DNA of 64,000 bases from Octopus vulgaris. Lineage: Eukaryota. Under the pieces are notes generated by a model. That model was given only the letters and a program-made list of their open reading frames with translations. It searched no databases and was not told where the DNA came from. Made by a program: the position numbers and the translations under genes. Positions 12,353 to 25,683 of the stretch are shown here, piece after piece (the stretch's first letter is position 1; each line of letters starts with the position of its first letter). The stretch is from NCBI GenBank assembly GCA_951406725.2, contig OX597818.1:109864001-109928000 (forward strand). Direction: 5' to 3'.

Positions 12353-13794
12353 CGTGTGTGTGTGTACATACATGCATAGATTAAAATTATGTGCTTCAAA
12401 TATTTCAGAACCGCTGATAAATTCTCAGAATCTCTCTTTTACTCAGATTTATTCAAACCATGGAAAATGTTTGACAAAAGAATATGAAAAGAGAAAGAGT
12501 ATAAACTGTGACTCTGACTGTCAGGTATTTTATAAAATAGATGATGATGATGATGACGATCGGGTAAGGGGGGAAGAAGAGGAGGTTTGGAAGATGGTGG
12601 TGGTGGTGGTGGTGGTGGTGGTGGTGGTGGTCATGTTAATTATGAAAATCCTAATGATCAACGTCAAGTCATTAAGACATACACACTGAATGATTTCCTC
12701 TTTGGAAAGAAGATATTTCCTCCATTTTAACCCTATTTCTTGCTATTTTAACATTAATCGTGTTCTTGTTTGTTTGTTTTTCTCTTTTGTTCTTATTATT
12801 TTGCTTCTTATTAGTTTTGCTAATTAGTCCGCTCTTATTATTGCTTGTAATGGCATACTTAAGTTTTTCATAACAGTTGACTTCCATTTTTTAACAGCAC
12901 CGGAAATAGAAATTACTTCATGGAATCAATTGATTAACCATAAAAGGCAACGCAAGAATTGCTATGACAGGGCATTTTCCATTTCCTAAGCGCATTATTT
13001 GCAGAGAAATAAACTATTGACCAGAAATTTATTGATTAAAAGCTATGAATGAAAGATGACCATGAAAGATGTAGAATAATGTGAATTTGTGAAACAAAAT
13101 TCTCTGAAACCATAACTATGAAGTATTATGTTGTGGCATGTTTCTAAACGAGAAGTTAAGAGCACCAATCCCCAACCATTTTGGCACCATGAAAGACGAT
13201 TTTTCCACTGACCGAGGAGTCGCGAGCATAACATAACACAATAAAATTCATTATATATAATTTAGGTACGAATGGTTTTGTTATACAGCGCCGTAGTTTA
13301 CAATTCAGCAAATAATCATTATGGTATTTTTATATAAGCTTAAAGCAATTACCGTGCATTGACTAAGGAAATTAGTCTAATAAAGGGACATATAAGCCCT
13401 CCACATCCTATCCGCATGCGAGTTGAACCCACATCCTTTTGTTAACGCGACTACGTATGTTACCTTTATGCCAGCAAATCAGCCTCCCCACTTCTGTCAA
13501 ATTTAAGAACTATAATAGTTCCTGTTTGATTTTATGTAAACAAACTTTCTATATGTTTTCGGTGCGAATGGTTTTGTTATATGGCGCCGTGTTTTACAAT
13601 CCTGTAAATAATAATAATGGTGTTTAACTATAAGCTTTAAAGCTTACGGCGATCACCGTGCAATGACTAAGGAAAATAGTCTAACAAAGGGGCATATAAG
13701 CCCTCCACTGAAAAAAGAAGCCTTTCCTATCAATTATTCCGTTTTATAATACATATTTATCATTAAATACATAACAGATATATCACAGTAATCC

Positions 13795-14095
13795 ACTAGA
13801 CCATCGGACGTTGTTATACACCGCTGGTCACAATGTGCTTCCAGTTCTGTCTTGAATGTGCCTTTCTTTTCCATCTTGACTCAAATCACTTAACTAAATC
13901 GTCTTCCCATCGTCACGGAGACCTTCCAAGTGACCTTTTCCGAACCCTCGGGTACTATTCAGCAACTGCATGGGTCCACCTACTCTCTGTGGACCTTGTG
14001 ACATGTCCGCCTCAGTGGCACTTGTGCCTCTGATATTCTGTGATTACATCGTTCACTTCGCTCCTTTCTCAAATCAACTCAATTCGAATATACTG
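13795..14095 (-). mobile_element. RTE-clade LINE 3' fragment
   Basis: Minus strand reads HKCH*GGHVTRSTESRWTHAVAE*YPRVRKRSLGRSP*RWEDDL, the RTE C-terminal WAGHV..W.PR..KR..GRP..RW.DD pattern. Confidence 0.75.
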
Positions 14096-14098
14096 TCG

Positions 14099-14358
14099 TA
14101 TGATGTAGTGGTTAAGAGCGCGGGCTACTAACACCAAGATTCCGAGTTCGATTCCAGGCAGTGACCTGAATAATAATGATAATAACAACAACAACAACAA
14201 CAACAATAACATCGGCAAAATATCTTAGGAATGAGAACCCAGGTTCGAAATTTCCTCAAGACGCCTGAAGAAGGCTGGAGGGTATATCAGCCGAAACGTT
14301 GTGTTAACAACAAACAAAATGAGGACAAATATCCGTCAAATGTAAATAATGTAAATAA
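14099..14358 (+). mobile_element. tRNA-promoter plus hammerhead repeat (family HS), copy 2
   Basis: Same layout as 3020-3404; carries the best-preserved HHR. Confidence 0.85.
14260..14305 (+). ncRNA. Minimal type I hammerhead ribozyme
   Basis: GACGC-CTGAAGA-A-GGCTG-gagggtatat-CAGCC-GAAA-CG-TT-GTGTT: stem I GACGC/GTGTT, 5-bp stem II, loopless palindromic helix III (AACGTT), predicted cleavage after GUU. Confidence 0.7.
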
Positions 14359-14700
14359 CGAAAGGTATTCTTCAATCGGGACAATGCTCTGCTACATACT
14401 GTGAGGGTAACTTTCCAAAGGCTGAAGCAGTTTGAATGGGAAGCGATGCTGGACATTGCCTCATCTGATTATCATTTATTCCGCTGTCTACAAAATCATT
14501 TGGACGGAAAAAATATGAATTCTGCAGACGAGATCAGAAGAGTACTGGAGCAGTATTTTCGTTACGGACAAGTGAATTTTGGTAGAGGAGCCTTGTAAGT
14601 CTACCAAATAGATGGAAGAGTATATTTTTTATTTAAAAAGTACTTTGTTTATCTTAATTTTGGAAACTAGAAGAAGTATTATTTATGGGATGACCCAATA
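14359..14700 (+). mobile_element. mariner 3' fragment
   Basis: RDNALLH...DIASSDYHLFRCLQNHL; ends in the TIR TTATGGGATGACCCAATA. Confidence 0.85.
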
Positions 14701-15235
14701 TTAGGTTGCCTGGAAGGTTCTGAACGTTTTTAAGCTAAATCTTTTAATGCTACATTGAACACACCTGAAACATAACACAGAACTTTGGCGTTGCTTGAAG
14801 TGGCAGTACATCTCCTCTTTGTTCCTGACTAATAACAGATTTATCTTTCATGTCGGTTACATTTGAAATGGATAACCAAAAATTTCATAATCGCGTTGTA
14901 ATGATTTTCTTTTTTTAAAAAAGGAGAAAATGCTGCAAAGACTTGCAAAGACATTTGTGAAGTTTATGGTGATGATGCTGCTGTAGGTGAATCAACCGTT
15001 CTTTGAAGATGGCTTGCAAAATTTAAAGCTGGAGAGTTTAGTTTGGAAGAAGACAGTTGCAATGGAAGACCTTCAAAATTGGATGAAGATGTTTTGAGAG
15101 CAAAATTCGAAGACAACTTAAAAATCTAGATTACAGAACTTGCAGAGGAGTTGGAAGTTTCTAAAAGTACGGTTCATGAAGTCTATCCCATTTTGCATAT
15201 TAAAAAACGCTCAGAACTTTCTGGACAACCTAATA
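14699..15235 (+). mobile_element. Internally deleted mariner with both TIRs
   Basis: TIRs TATTAGGTTGCCTGGAAGGTTCTGAACG / CGCTCAGAACTTTCTGGACAACCTAATA; N-terminal HTH segments KGENAAKTCKDICEVYG and WLAKFKAGEFSLEED. Confidence 0.85.
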
Positions 15236-15799
15236 ATTATAATCTATGAGAGATTGGATGGTGAAGCGAATACATATGCAGAACAACAAATCGGTGTTCC
15301 AAAGTTCATCTTCTACCGAGACACCTGGTTCTCGAACAATCTAGATTACAGAACTTGCAGAGGAGTTGCAAGTTTCTAAAAGTACGGTTCATGAAGTCTA
15401 TCCCGTTTTGCATATTAAAAAACGCTCAGAACTTTCTGGACAACCTAATAATTATCATCTATGAGAGATTGGATGGTGAAGCGAATACATATGCAGAACA
15501 ACAAAGCGGTGTTCCAAAGTTCATCTTCTACCGAGACACCTGGTTCTCGAACAATCCCGTTCAACCAGTTGTATGTAGGTATTTCTTGTAAGAAATAAAG
15601 CACATCACTGAAAGCAGTGACGGCGTTAGGAAACTGGCGACAATGTCGTCAGCATGCGGCACTGAGTTCATTTCTGTGTAGTGGCACTCGATCGGTTACG
15701 ACGATGAATGATCCAGTTGATTCGACCAATGGAACAGCCTCGTCGTGAAATCAACGTGCAAGTGGCTGTGTACTCCGCAGACACCTTTTCTGTTATCTT

Positions 15800-16011
15800 T
15801 TATCTTTTACTAGTATCAGTCACCAAATTGTGGCCATACTTGGGCACCACCTCGAAGAATTTTTATTCAAATGAATCGATCCCTGTACTTACCGTTTCCT
15901 TTTTTTTTTAAACCCGGTACTTATTCTATCGTTCTCTTTTGCCAATCCGCTAAGTCATGGAGATGTAAACACATCAACACTAGTTGGCAAGCAGTGGGGC
16001 AGGGCAAATAC

Positions 16012-16046
<35 letters not shown>

Positions 16047-16186
16047 TATACACTCATATTCTCATAAGGCCTTGGTCGGTTCGAAACTACTGTAGGGGAC
16101 ACTTGCCCAAGGTTCCACGCAGTAGGATTGAACCTGAAACCATGCTATTGGGAAGCAAACTTCTTACCACATAGCCACACCTGTGT
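15800..16186 (-). mobile_element. SINE family B (tRNA head GGCTGTGTGGTAAG, internal CA tract)
   Basis: Degenerate copy of the family seen intact at 25290-25683 and 54450-54875. Confidence 0.7.
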
Positions 16187-16230
16187 CTAAGTGTACCTTT
16201 GGGAACAGAAAAGAATGTACATCTCGTGGA

Positions 16231-16760
16231 AAGCGGTGAGCTGGCAGAAACGTTAGCACGCCGGGCGAAATGCTTTGAGGTATTTCGTCTGCCGTTACGT
16301 TCTGAGTTCAAATTCCGCCGAGGTCGACTTTGCCTTTCATCCTTTCGGGATCGATAAATTAAGTACCAGTTGCGCACTGATGTCAATATAATCGACTTAA
16401 TACCTATGTCTGTCCTTTTTTTCTCCTCTCTGTGTTTAGCCCCTTGTGGGTAATAAAGAAATAGGTATTTCGTCTGCCGTAACGTTGTGAGTTCAAATTC
16501 CGCCGAGGTTGACTTTGCCTTTCATCCTCTCGGGGTTGATTAAATAAGTACCAGTTACGCACTGGAGTCGATATAATCGACTTAACCCCTTTGTCTGTCC
16601 CCTCTATGTTTAGCCCTTTGTGGGCAATAAAGATATAAGAATCGTAAGCAAGCCGTGCGAAATGCCTCGCGGTATTTCGTCCGTCTTTACGTGCTGGAGT
16701 TGATCTAATCGACTGGCTCCCTCCCCAAAAATTTTCTGGCCTTGGACCTAGAGTAGAAAA
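16231..16760 (+). mobile_element. SINE family A with tandemly repeated body modules
   Basis: Head followed by repeated GGTATTTCGTCTGCCG...GCCCC/TTTGTGGG modules. Further family A copies at about 16970-17146 (-), 23693-23912 (+), 23960-24360 (-), 55275-55495 (-), 61240-61814 (-) and 61905-62050 (+). Confidence 0.8.
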
Positions 16761-17378
16761 AGAATATACATCTCGTGCTCAAAATAGTTAGCAAAAGTTT
16801 TGGCTTTGGAAGCATGAGGAAATATTTATACTGCAGTTAGGAGTTAGCTTCCTGGAAACAATTTCAAATGATAACGTTTGCATCAGATAGAGACGTCTTC
16901 AACAAAATTTTAATATGAAATTTACAGGGTTCTCTGCTTGATCCAATTTTATTTAGTCTCACCATAAATATTGGTTTCAAATTTTGGCACAAGGCCAGCA
17001 ATTTCGAGGGGGTGGGTGGGATAAATCGATTACTTATTTTATCATCTCCAAAAGGATAAGTCAACCTCGGCAGAATTTGAACTTACAGCGTAAAGTCGGA
17101 TGTAATGCCGCTAAGCATTTGGCCGGTGCGCTAACGATTCTGCCGCCTCGACATTTTATTGTCATCAGCGAAAATACGCTGCGATTATGAAATTCATTTG
17201 CCAAGCATTTGCCGATGGCTTTAAGATATTTATGGACGTAAACTACAATAACAGCACCGAGATGTTTTGTTCGATATGGTGTTGCATTTTGTGGGTAGAA
17301 TGGTTCTAAGTTGTGAATTTCCAGAGGGCAAAATCACAGATTAACTACGTTTATGATGGAGAGAATGATAAGTGAATA

Positions 17379-18652
17379 TCAGGTCCTCCCATAAGTTCTG
17401 TCCAATTTTACCTTTTTTAAAATTGAATCAAATTTAAAAGTATTTAAGAATGTTTAATGGAATTAAAAATCATTTTTATGCTTTGGTATACATTTAAACT
17501 AATTAAATATTATTTTACAGAATAGGATTAACATTTCTTTGATTAAAACCCTTTCTAACATGGAAGTATCCAAAGAGCATTTGAGGCACATAATGCTTTA
17601 TGAGTATGGAAACTCTGCAGCCAAAGCACTCGAAACATAACACTCTGTTAATGGGAAAGAATGCTTGAATCAAAGAACTTGCAGAAGATGGTTTGCAAAA
17701 TTCAGAAGTGGAGATTTCAACCTTGAAGATGAAGACCGAACAGGACGTCCAGTTGAGTTTGATGATAAGCTCCTTGAGGCGTTACTTGAAGAAAATCCTG
17801 CATTATCTGTTAAAGAATTGGCAATAAAGCTTAGTTCAAACAATACAACTGTTCATTGTCATCTTCAACAACTTGGAAAGGTTCCTAAACTTGGAAAATG
17901 GGTGCCTCATGAATTGTCCGAAAGCAACCGCAAATCCTTTGTTGACATCTGCTCTTCTCTCCATTCTCGCGAACTCATTCCCCCCTTTTTGGATAGACTT
18001 GGGACTGGTGACGAAAAATGGATCTTCTATCGAAATGTTAAACGTCGTAAACAGTGGCTTGGCAAAAGGGAAAAGGCTCAACCACAACCGAGAAGGTAAC
18101 TTCATAGGAAAAAGGATCTTCTCTCTATCTGGTGGGATTGCAAAGTAATTCACTTTGAATTGTTACCATCTAATGCAACAATCAATGCTCAAGTCTACTG
18201 TCAGCAATTAGAGCGTTTGAGCCAAGCTTTGAAGAAAGAAAGACCCGCTTTAGTGAATCGAAAAGGAGTGATGTTTCATCAGGACAATGCGCGACCCCAC
18301 ACTGCAAAGATCACATCACAGAAGATCGAAGAGCTTGGTTGGGAAAAAATTCCTCATCCACCTTATTCTCCTGACCTTGCTCCTTCAGACTATCATTTGT
18401 TTTGTAGTTTACAGAATCATTTGGGGGACAAAACTTTCACAAGCCAGGAGGAGGTCGAAACTGACATTTCAGAGTTCTTTGCTTTGAAACCAAGAGTTTT
18501 ACATTGATGGGATTAAAAAGCTTGTAAATAGATGGAAGGAAGTCATAGATAATCAGGGAAAGTACATTCATGATTAAATTTCAATTAAATATAACATTTG
18601 ATCACTTGTTTTCTTTATTCAAAATTCGGACAGAACTTATGGGATGACCTGA
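17379..18652 (+). mobile_element. Near full-length mariner (DD34D) transposon with pseudogenised transposase
   Basis: 1274 bp; TIRs TCAGGTCCTCCCATAAGTTCTGTCC / GGACAGAACTTATGGGATGACCTGA with TA TSDs. Transposase 17560 to about 18576 has WVPHEL, TGDEKW, HQDNARPH and YSPDLAPSDYHLF. In-frame stop at 18097-18099 plus frameshifts. Confidence 0.96.
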
Positions 18653-18847
18653 TACATACAATATTAGGTATGTACATATATATACAAGGGCACTACGTGA
18701 TCACCTACATCGCTAAAAATAGAAGTCAAAAATACTTTTGTGCCACCTAATAGTCATAAATCTACTACAGACATGATAGGAAAACATTTCAGTGAAGAAT
18801 AATTACGCCTTACCACTGCTAGGTCAGAACAAGTAATGCTGGTCAAC

Positions 18848-18903
18848 TTGGTACCGGTTTCAAAATTTAGCGCCAAATAGGCGCCTGATTTCTCATCAGC
18901 CAA
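18848..18903 (-). ncRNA. Minimal type I hammerhead ribozyme
   Basis: Minus strand: TTGG-CTGATGA-GAAAT-caGGCGCC-tattt-GGCGCtaa-ATTTT-GAAA-CCGG-TA-CCAA. Palindromic helix III ACCGGT, cleavage after GUA, intact core. Confidence 0.75.
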
Positions 18904-19137
18904 ACTCTGCCAGCTAGTTGACTTCTATTTTTAGCGATGTAGGTGCTCATGTATAACCAGCCGAAATTGCAAAGATAATCAGGAACTCGACTGACGAAAG
19001 AAAACTCCAGATGACCCGTCCTTGTTTTTCCATGTCACTTTGTTGTATCATCTGTCTGGGTGTTTTGTTTTGTTGTCCCCTTTTTTGTATCATCTAACTG
19101 TCTGGATGTTTTGCGTTATTGTCCCATTTTTTTGTAT

Positions 19138-19183
<46 letters not shown>

Positions 19184-19225
19184 TTTCTAAATATCTCATA
19201 GAGATATGTACGGTGGTGGAGCGAT

Positions 19226-19707
<482 letters not shown>

Positions 19708-20058
19708 GAGATAGGGGTTGAAAAATTCAACCCACCATGGGATAACATATATCCAATATACTGCTAGATAGGTACCCAACAAGACTAATACATAGATGTT
19801 AAAAATTGCCAAGCAATTAGTTCATCTATTGTATTATATGGGCAAAGGTAATAATATTACCGTAAATTAATACAACAAAATTAGAAAATGGAGAAACATA
19901 CTTAAATCAATAAAACATCAACTATCAGATGATACCCAATCAATACTTTATTACACCATTACATATCAGTAAAGGCATTATACAAAATATAAAGTAAATA
20001 TAAATAGACAAGGAAATAAAAATATAAAATATAAAATATAATATGTAATTATATCATA

Positions 20059-20168
20059 TCTGGCAGCTGTTTCGGCAGTAAGGGCAGTCATACCTCATTT
20101 AACCTATAAGCCATAAAGGCAGGTATAAATGAGGCATTAACAAGGATGCCCCACGGCCTCTTCAGAGA
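20059..20168 (-). ncRNA. Mirror copy of the hammerhead with a mutated cleavage triplet
   Basis: Matches 22020-22129 except GUC>GCC (position 20063). Confidence 0.65.
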
Positions 20169-21403
20169 ATTTAATTTGTTATAATTGTGAAAAAAATTAT
20201 TTTTCCATATACATATAAATATAAAAATATAAAAATGTAAAATATAAAAACTTGTGCATAAACTCCATAATGCTACACATATATATAATACTCATTGGTA
20301 CAATAATGCAAGGTAAACAAAACAAAATAAAACAAAATATATATCAGTGTATATATTAATATTAATAAGCACAGTTATTTTACATATTTAGCTAATAGTT
20401 CCAAAAACTAACACATAGGGAGATGTATGCGCACTACTATTTAAATTAAAATAATCCCTATACCTGAAAATAATAATTAAAAAAAAACCATAGTTCAGTT
20501 CATAAAATTATAAACCTATAAAAGTCAATATAAATTACTATTAATATTAATAATAATAATAATAGATACAGTTAAGTTAGCACCAAGTACATCCATTCAA
20601 AATCGAAATAACTATGAGTTTAGTTATCCTGTCCGCTTGATATTGATTATTCTAGATTAATTCGATTGGCTTGTAGTTTGAAATTTGAATCACAAAAGAA
20701 ATTTTACGGTTGGTTAGTCAAGAAACGCAAATACGCACACGCACATCCACAGATCAATCGCACATACATACATAATTATATGTATACACACACACATACA
20801 CTTATACACATACGCATCCACAAGCAACCTCTAGCATAAAAATAAATAAATAGGGGAGCAACTATACTGTCATCTAGTCTATCAAAATTATAACTATGCC
20901 TCAAATAACAAAAAAGATCCACTCATATATTTCCATAAAATATTTATCTCAATGATATATATATTTATATATCAATATAACGAGGTCGGAAGTTATTTCA
21001 CTATGTACCTTGCGTATTTAACACCGGTTTTTATCATAGTCAACATAGCGGTTACTAGATTTACCGTAAATTTGTTGTGATTCCATGTATGCTAAGTTAT
21101 AAAGTATAGATTAGTTTTTATATTATAAATATATGCCTCTTTTTTACTTATTAAATTCAATGCCATTATAAACAAGATTAGGCATTAAATAATAACAACA
21201 TGGGGACTCACTAATGCAATCGTATATAAGAAAATCACAGAAGTTAAAAGATTGTAAATACTTAAGTTAAAATGTGATAAAATAAATAAGAAGAAATAAT
21301 TACGATTACACACATAATATAAGTACAAACCAGTATATATGTATTCATATATTATTAAGAAATAAATGATTAATATGTATGTATAAATCTACACTTAAAT
21401 AAG

Positions 21404-21436
<33 letters not shown>

Positions 21437-22019
21437 AGATGACTAAGTGCAAAGATAGATACCATAGAGAACCAATTCAGATAAATGCATAGGTACAGGT
21501 ACACCTAATATATAGTAATGCTAATATGCATATATCCACATATACATAAAAGAGTATAAATGTAAATCAATAACATAAAATAAAGTTAAGATATATATTG
21601 AAGAAAGTACCAATATAAACTTAGTATACAGGCTAATACTATGAAAGTTTATACCTGTAAATAGTGAGTAAAAAATTGGATAGATGGATAATTTAACGTA
21701 CAGATCCAGAAGACTATAAATATAGACTAAATATATAAGGCTGGTAATATTTATAAAGTCTAATGTTTGTAAATGAAAAGGTTTATTAGTAAATAGCATA
21801 AGATACAAATTAAGGTGAGTACAAAGAAAGACCAAATATACAATATAAACCTGCCAAATAAACACATACAAAAAACCTGCATTATTGTACCAATGAGTAT
21901 TATATATATGTGTAGCATTATGGAGTTAATGCACAAGATTTTATAGTTTACATTTTTATATTTTTATATTTATATGTATATGGAAAAATAATTTTTTTCA
22001 CAATTATAACAAATTAAAT

Positions 22020-22129
22020 TCTCTGAAGAGGCCGTGGGGCATCCTTGTTAATGCCTCATTTATACCTGCCTTTATGGCTTATAGGTTAAATGAGGTATGA
22101 CTGCCCTTACTGCCGAAACAGCTGTCAGA
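22020..22129 (+). ncRNA. Type I hammerhead ribozyme with extended stem II
   Basis: TCT-CTGAAGA(22023-29)-GGC...long hairpin (TGGGGCA/TGCCCTTA, ATGCCTCATTTA/TAAATGAGGTAT)...GCC-GAAA-CAGCTG-TC-AGA. Palindromic helix III ACAGCTGT; GUC site at 22124-22126. Confidence 0.8.
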
Positions 22130-22315
22130 TATGATATAATTACATATTATATTTTATATTTTATATTTTTATTTCCTTGTCTATTTATATTTACTTTATA
22201 TTTTGTATAATGCCTTTACTGATATGCAATGGTGTAATAAAGTATTGATTGGGTATCATCTGATAGTTGATGTTTTATTGATTTAAGTATGTTTCTCCAT
22301 TTTCTAATTTTGTAG

Positions 22316-22370
<55 letters not shown>

Positions 22371-22735
22371 AGTGTGTGTGTGTCATTATCCAGTTTATTT
22401 CAAGATTTCTTGCCAATAGAGAAAGAACTGGTTTCCAACCTAGATCCAAAGTTCCTTCACTGGAATTTCAACATCAACAACAGGGTATATTTCTTTGTAT
22501 GTATGTATGTATTTGTACATACTTGGATGCAGGCGCAAATACACACACGGTCTAATATGTAAGTCTTTCACACGTTTACTCTCACACACACATATATGCA
22601 TATGTATATATGTATATACATGCATACATGCATATATATATATATATATTATATATATGTGTGTGTGTGTGTGTGTGATATATGATATATGTATGTGTGT
22701 ATTTTTTAGGAAGTTAAAAGTTATGGCCGGTCATC

Positions 22736-22795
22736 GAGTGACCATTGACTTCGCACCTTTAAAACGCTTAACAGTGTAGATAACTCGTCAGACTC
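22736..22795 (-). ncRNA. Degenerate type I hammerhead
   Basis: Minus strand: GAGT-CTGACGA-GTTATCT...AGGTGC-GAAG-TCAATGG-TC-ACTC. Stem I is perfect; GAAA has changed to GAAG. Confidence 0.55.
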
Positions 22796-25289
22796 AAATG
22801 GCTTAGGGTGCATAACCTCTCTACAACTAGAGAAAGAATTGTGTAACGGTCAAAATAAACAAATTGCCAGTGTTGCAGGCGAGACGGGGTTCTCCCCCTT
22901 ACATCGGCTCCGGCTGTTGTGGACCAGTGCAACAACTGGGGAATTCTGAGTTTGAAGTAGGAAGCGTTTTAGATGAATAACTGGATTATATATATGTGTA
23001 TACACACACGCGCGCGCGCGCGCACACACACACACACGCATGCACACATACGTATACGCATGAATGCCCTGTGTGTGTGAGAGAGGGAGAAAGAAAGAAA
23101 GAGAGAAAGAAGGAAAGAAAGAAAGAAGGAAGGAAAGAAAGAGAGAACGAAGCGTTTGTGTGTTAGATAAATATCGATTCCTTTGATTAGCAATTACAAT
23201 TAGTGAATAGTTCTTGATTGAATATCCACACATCTACATGGAAAGTAGACTGTGGAATATGATTTCAGAAATTCATTGAAAAAAATTTCTTTCTTTTTTT
23301 TTTTCTTTTATGTTGCTATTTGTGTATATTTTGTCTCAATTCTAATGCAACATCATATCTAACTGGATTGTCGATCCATTTTTATTTCGACCCGGACCGT
23401 GAAGGGGCCGCAATCGACTTTGTCCCGCTTGCAACAGTGACGTTTTAAGGAAAGATAGAACCGATGTAAGGGACATAACTTCAGATGTCGTTTCCCTGTG
23501 TCTTAACAGTTTGCGGAAAGAAGAGGATTATGAATAACAGACATGCATTATGAATAACTGAACCCATCAATAGTAGTGCTACAGCATGGCCGCCGTCCAC
23601 TAACTGAAACAAGCGCAAAGGGAAAAAAAAGTACGATCAAAAGAAGAGACGCCGGAAAACATTCAAAAGCTTATATTTTCAAATTTTCCTCTCAGGCAGC
23701 GAACTGACGGAATCCTTAGCACGCCGGACAAAATGGTCAGCTGCATTTCGTCCGTCTTTACCTTCTGAGTTCAAACTCCACCGAGGTCGACTTTGTTTTC
23801 TCATCGTTTTGAGGTCGATAAATTAAACACTAACTGAGCACTGGGGTCGATGTAATCGGCTTAGCTTCCATTCCCACCCGAAACTGCAGGCCTTGTGCCA
23901 AAATTTGAGGCCAACAATTTTTTTTTCTTTTACAATCTTATTTTCTTTTAGTAATATTCTTTTCTACTCTAGGCACAAGGCTCAAAAATTTAGGGGAGGG
24001 GGCCAGTCGATTACATCGACCCCCGTACACAACTGGTACTTAATTTATCGACCCTGAAAGATGAAATGCAAAGTCGACTTCGGCGAAATTTGAACTCACA
24101 ACGTAAAGACAGACGAAGTACCTATTCCTATTTCTTTACTACCCACAAGGGGCTAAACACAGAGGGGACAAACAAGGACAGACAAACGGATTAAGTCGAT
24201 TACATCGACCCCAGTGCGTAACTGGTACTTATTTAATCGATCCCGAAAGGATGAAAGGCAAAGTTGACCTCGGCGGAATTTGAACTCAGACCATAACGGC
24301 AGATGAAATACAGCTACGCATTTCGCCTGGCGTGCTAACGTTTCTGCCAGCTCGCCGCCTTTATTCTAATGAAATATTAAAACCCACAAATTAAACATGA
24401 TATCCTGAAACTCATTACTATCAATGAACCAAACGAACCCAGTTTGAGATCTTTACAATTCTAGGAAATACCAACTTTACAAGATCTACTTTGGTTAAGA
24501 AGTCTTTTCCGTTGATATCACTATTGTATTAGTACATTTAACTTGACATCAAAATTTTGACCTATTAATCGCAGCTTACTTTTTATCTGGCAAAATTTAT
24601 CTGTTCTTTACAAACACACGTATATTATTGAAACTTTGTAATTGTTCAGATCTGTCTGATAAAGAAATGATAGATATGTATTGAGTAAAAACACTAAACA
24701 CGATTTGGTTTTCTGTCCGAGTTACCGGTTTTCGGGACTCGTTGATGCATTTATATTCAAATTAAAAATTTTTTGGCATGTTCTCTTAGTTTTAAAAAAG
24801 GTCTTTACTAGGATTCTGGCCTATTTTTGTCTGTACACACACACACACACACACATGTGCACGGTGGCTTATTTTTCTGTTGTCAATCTTGAATTTCCAT
24901 TTACAACAGTTTTATCGAGGAATGTTAACATTTAAACTTGTTCAATGTCAAGAGTTGTTTCAGTTCAAACCTGAAATAAAGCAGCGAATTAGATTAATTA
25001 TTAGATGCTTAATTAGATGTCTCATTATGGCCTACAACTTAAGAAACCCAGTTTCTAACCACAATATTACAGCTGTTTATTTTCATGACTCCAACGGAAC
25101 CAAACTCCAGTGTAGCAGAATTAGAACCCTATAGCACCGTATTCCTGGTAGAGTGGGAATAGCCTAAATCTGATCTCCACCGGATATTCCCATTAAAGCA
25201 GCAATGATACAGGAAAAGAAGATGAAATATTAGAGACAGGAAACTGATCCACATTGCATCTTTGTAGTCTGTGTCCTCCACACTTGTTC

Positions 25290-25486
25290 TTTTATTCTTT
25301 TACTTGTTTCAGTCATTTGACTGTGGCCATGCTGGAGCATCGCCTTTAGTTGAGCAAATCGACCCCAGGACTTATTCTATCGGTCTCTCTTGCCAAACTG
25401 CTAAGTGACGGGGACGTAAACACACCAGCATCGCTTGTCAAGCGGTGTTGCGGGGGACAAACACAGACACACAAACATACATGCAT

Positions 25487-25519
<33 letters not shown>

Positions 25520-25683
25520 CGATGGGCTTCTTTCAGTTTCCGTCTACCAAATCCACTCACAAGGCTTTGGTTGGCCTGAGGCTGTAGTAGAAGACACTTG
25601 CCCAAGGTGCCATGCAGTGGGAATGAACCCGGAACCATGTGGTTGGTGAGCAAGCTACATACCACACACCCACTCCTGTGCCT
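25290..25683 (-). mobile_element. SINE family B
   Basis: tRNA-like head AGGCACAGGAGTGGGTGTGTGGT..., internal (CA)/(TA) tract, tail ...CAAATGACTGAAACAAGTAAAAGA. Other copies at about 28075-28290, 29970-30140, 48905-49180, 54450-54875, 56080-56600, 59880-60180 and 60560-60925. Confidence 0.85.

Larger units (their letters stand above)
19875..22313. mobile_element. Non-autonomous Penelope-like element with 436-bp inverted terminal repeats, each carrying a hammerhead
   Basis: 19875-20310 is the near-identical reverse complement of 21878-22313. AT-rich non-coding interior; embedded between (TA)n tracts. Confidence 0.8.

Noticed and set aside
8781-12689. Long ORFs of MYVC/HTYI/CVCV repeats (also near 22-23, 29-30 and 32-34 kb)
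   Set aside because: They are translations of microsatellites that lack stop codons.
22866-22950. GC-rich foldable segment superficially like a twister or HDV ribozyme
   Set aside because: The required conserved loop nucleotides and pseudoknot pairings could not be fitted.
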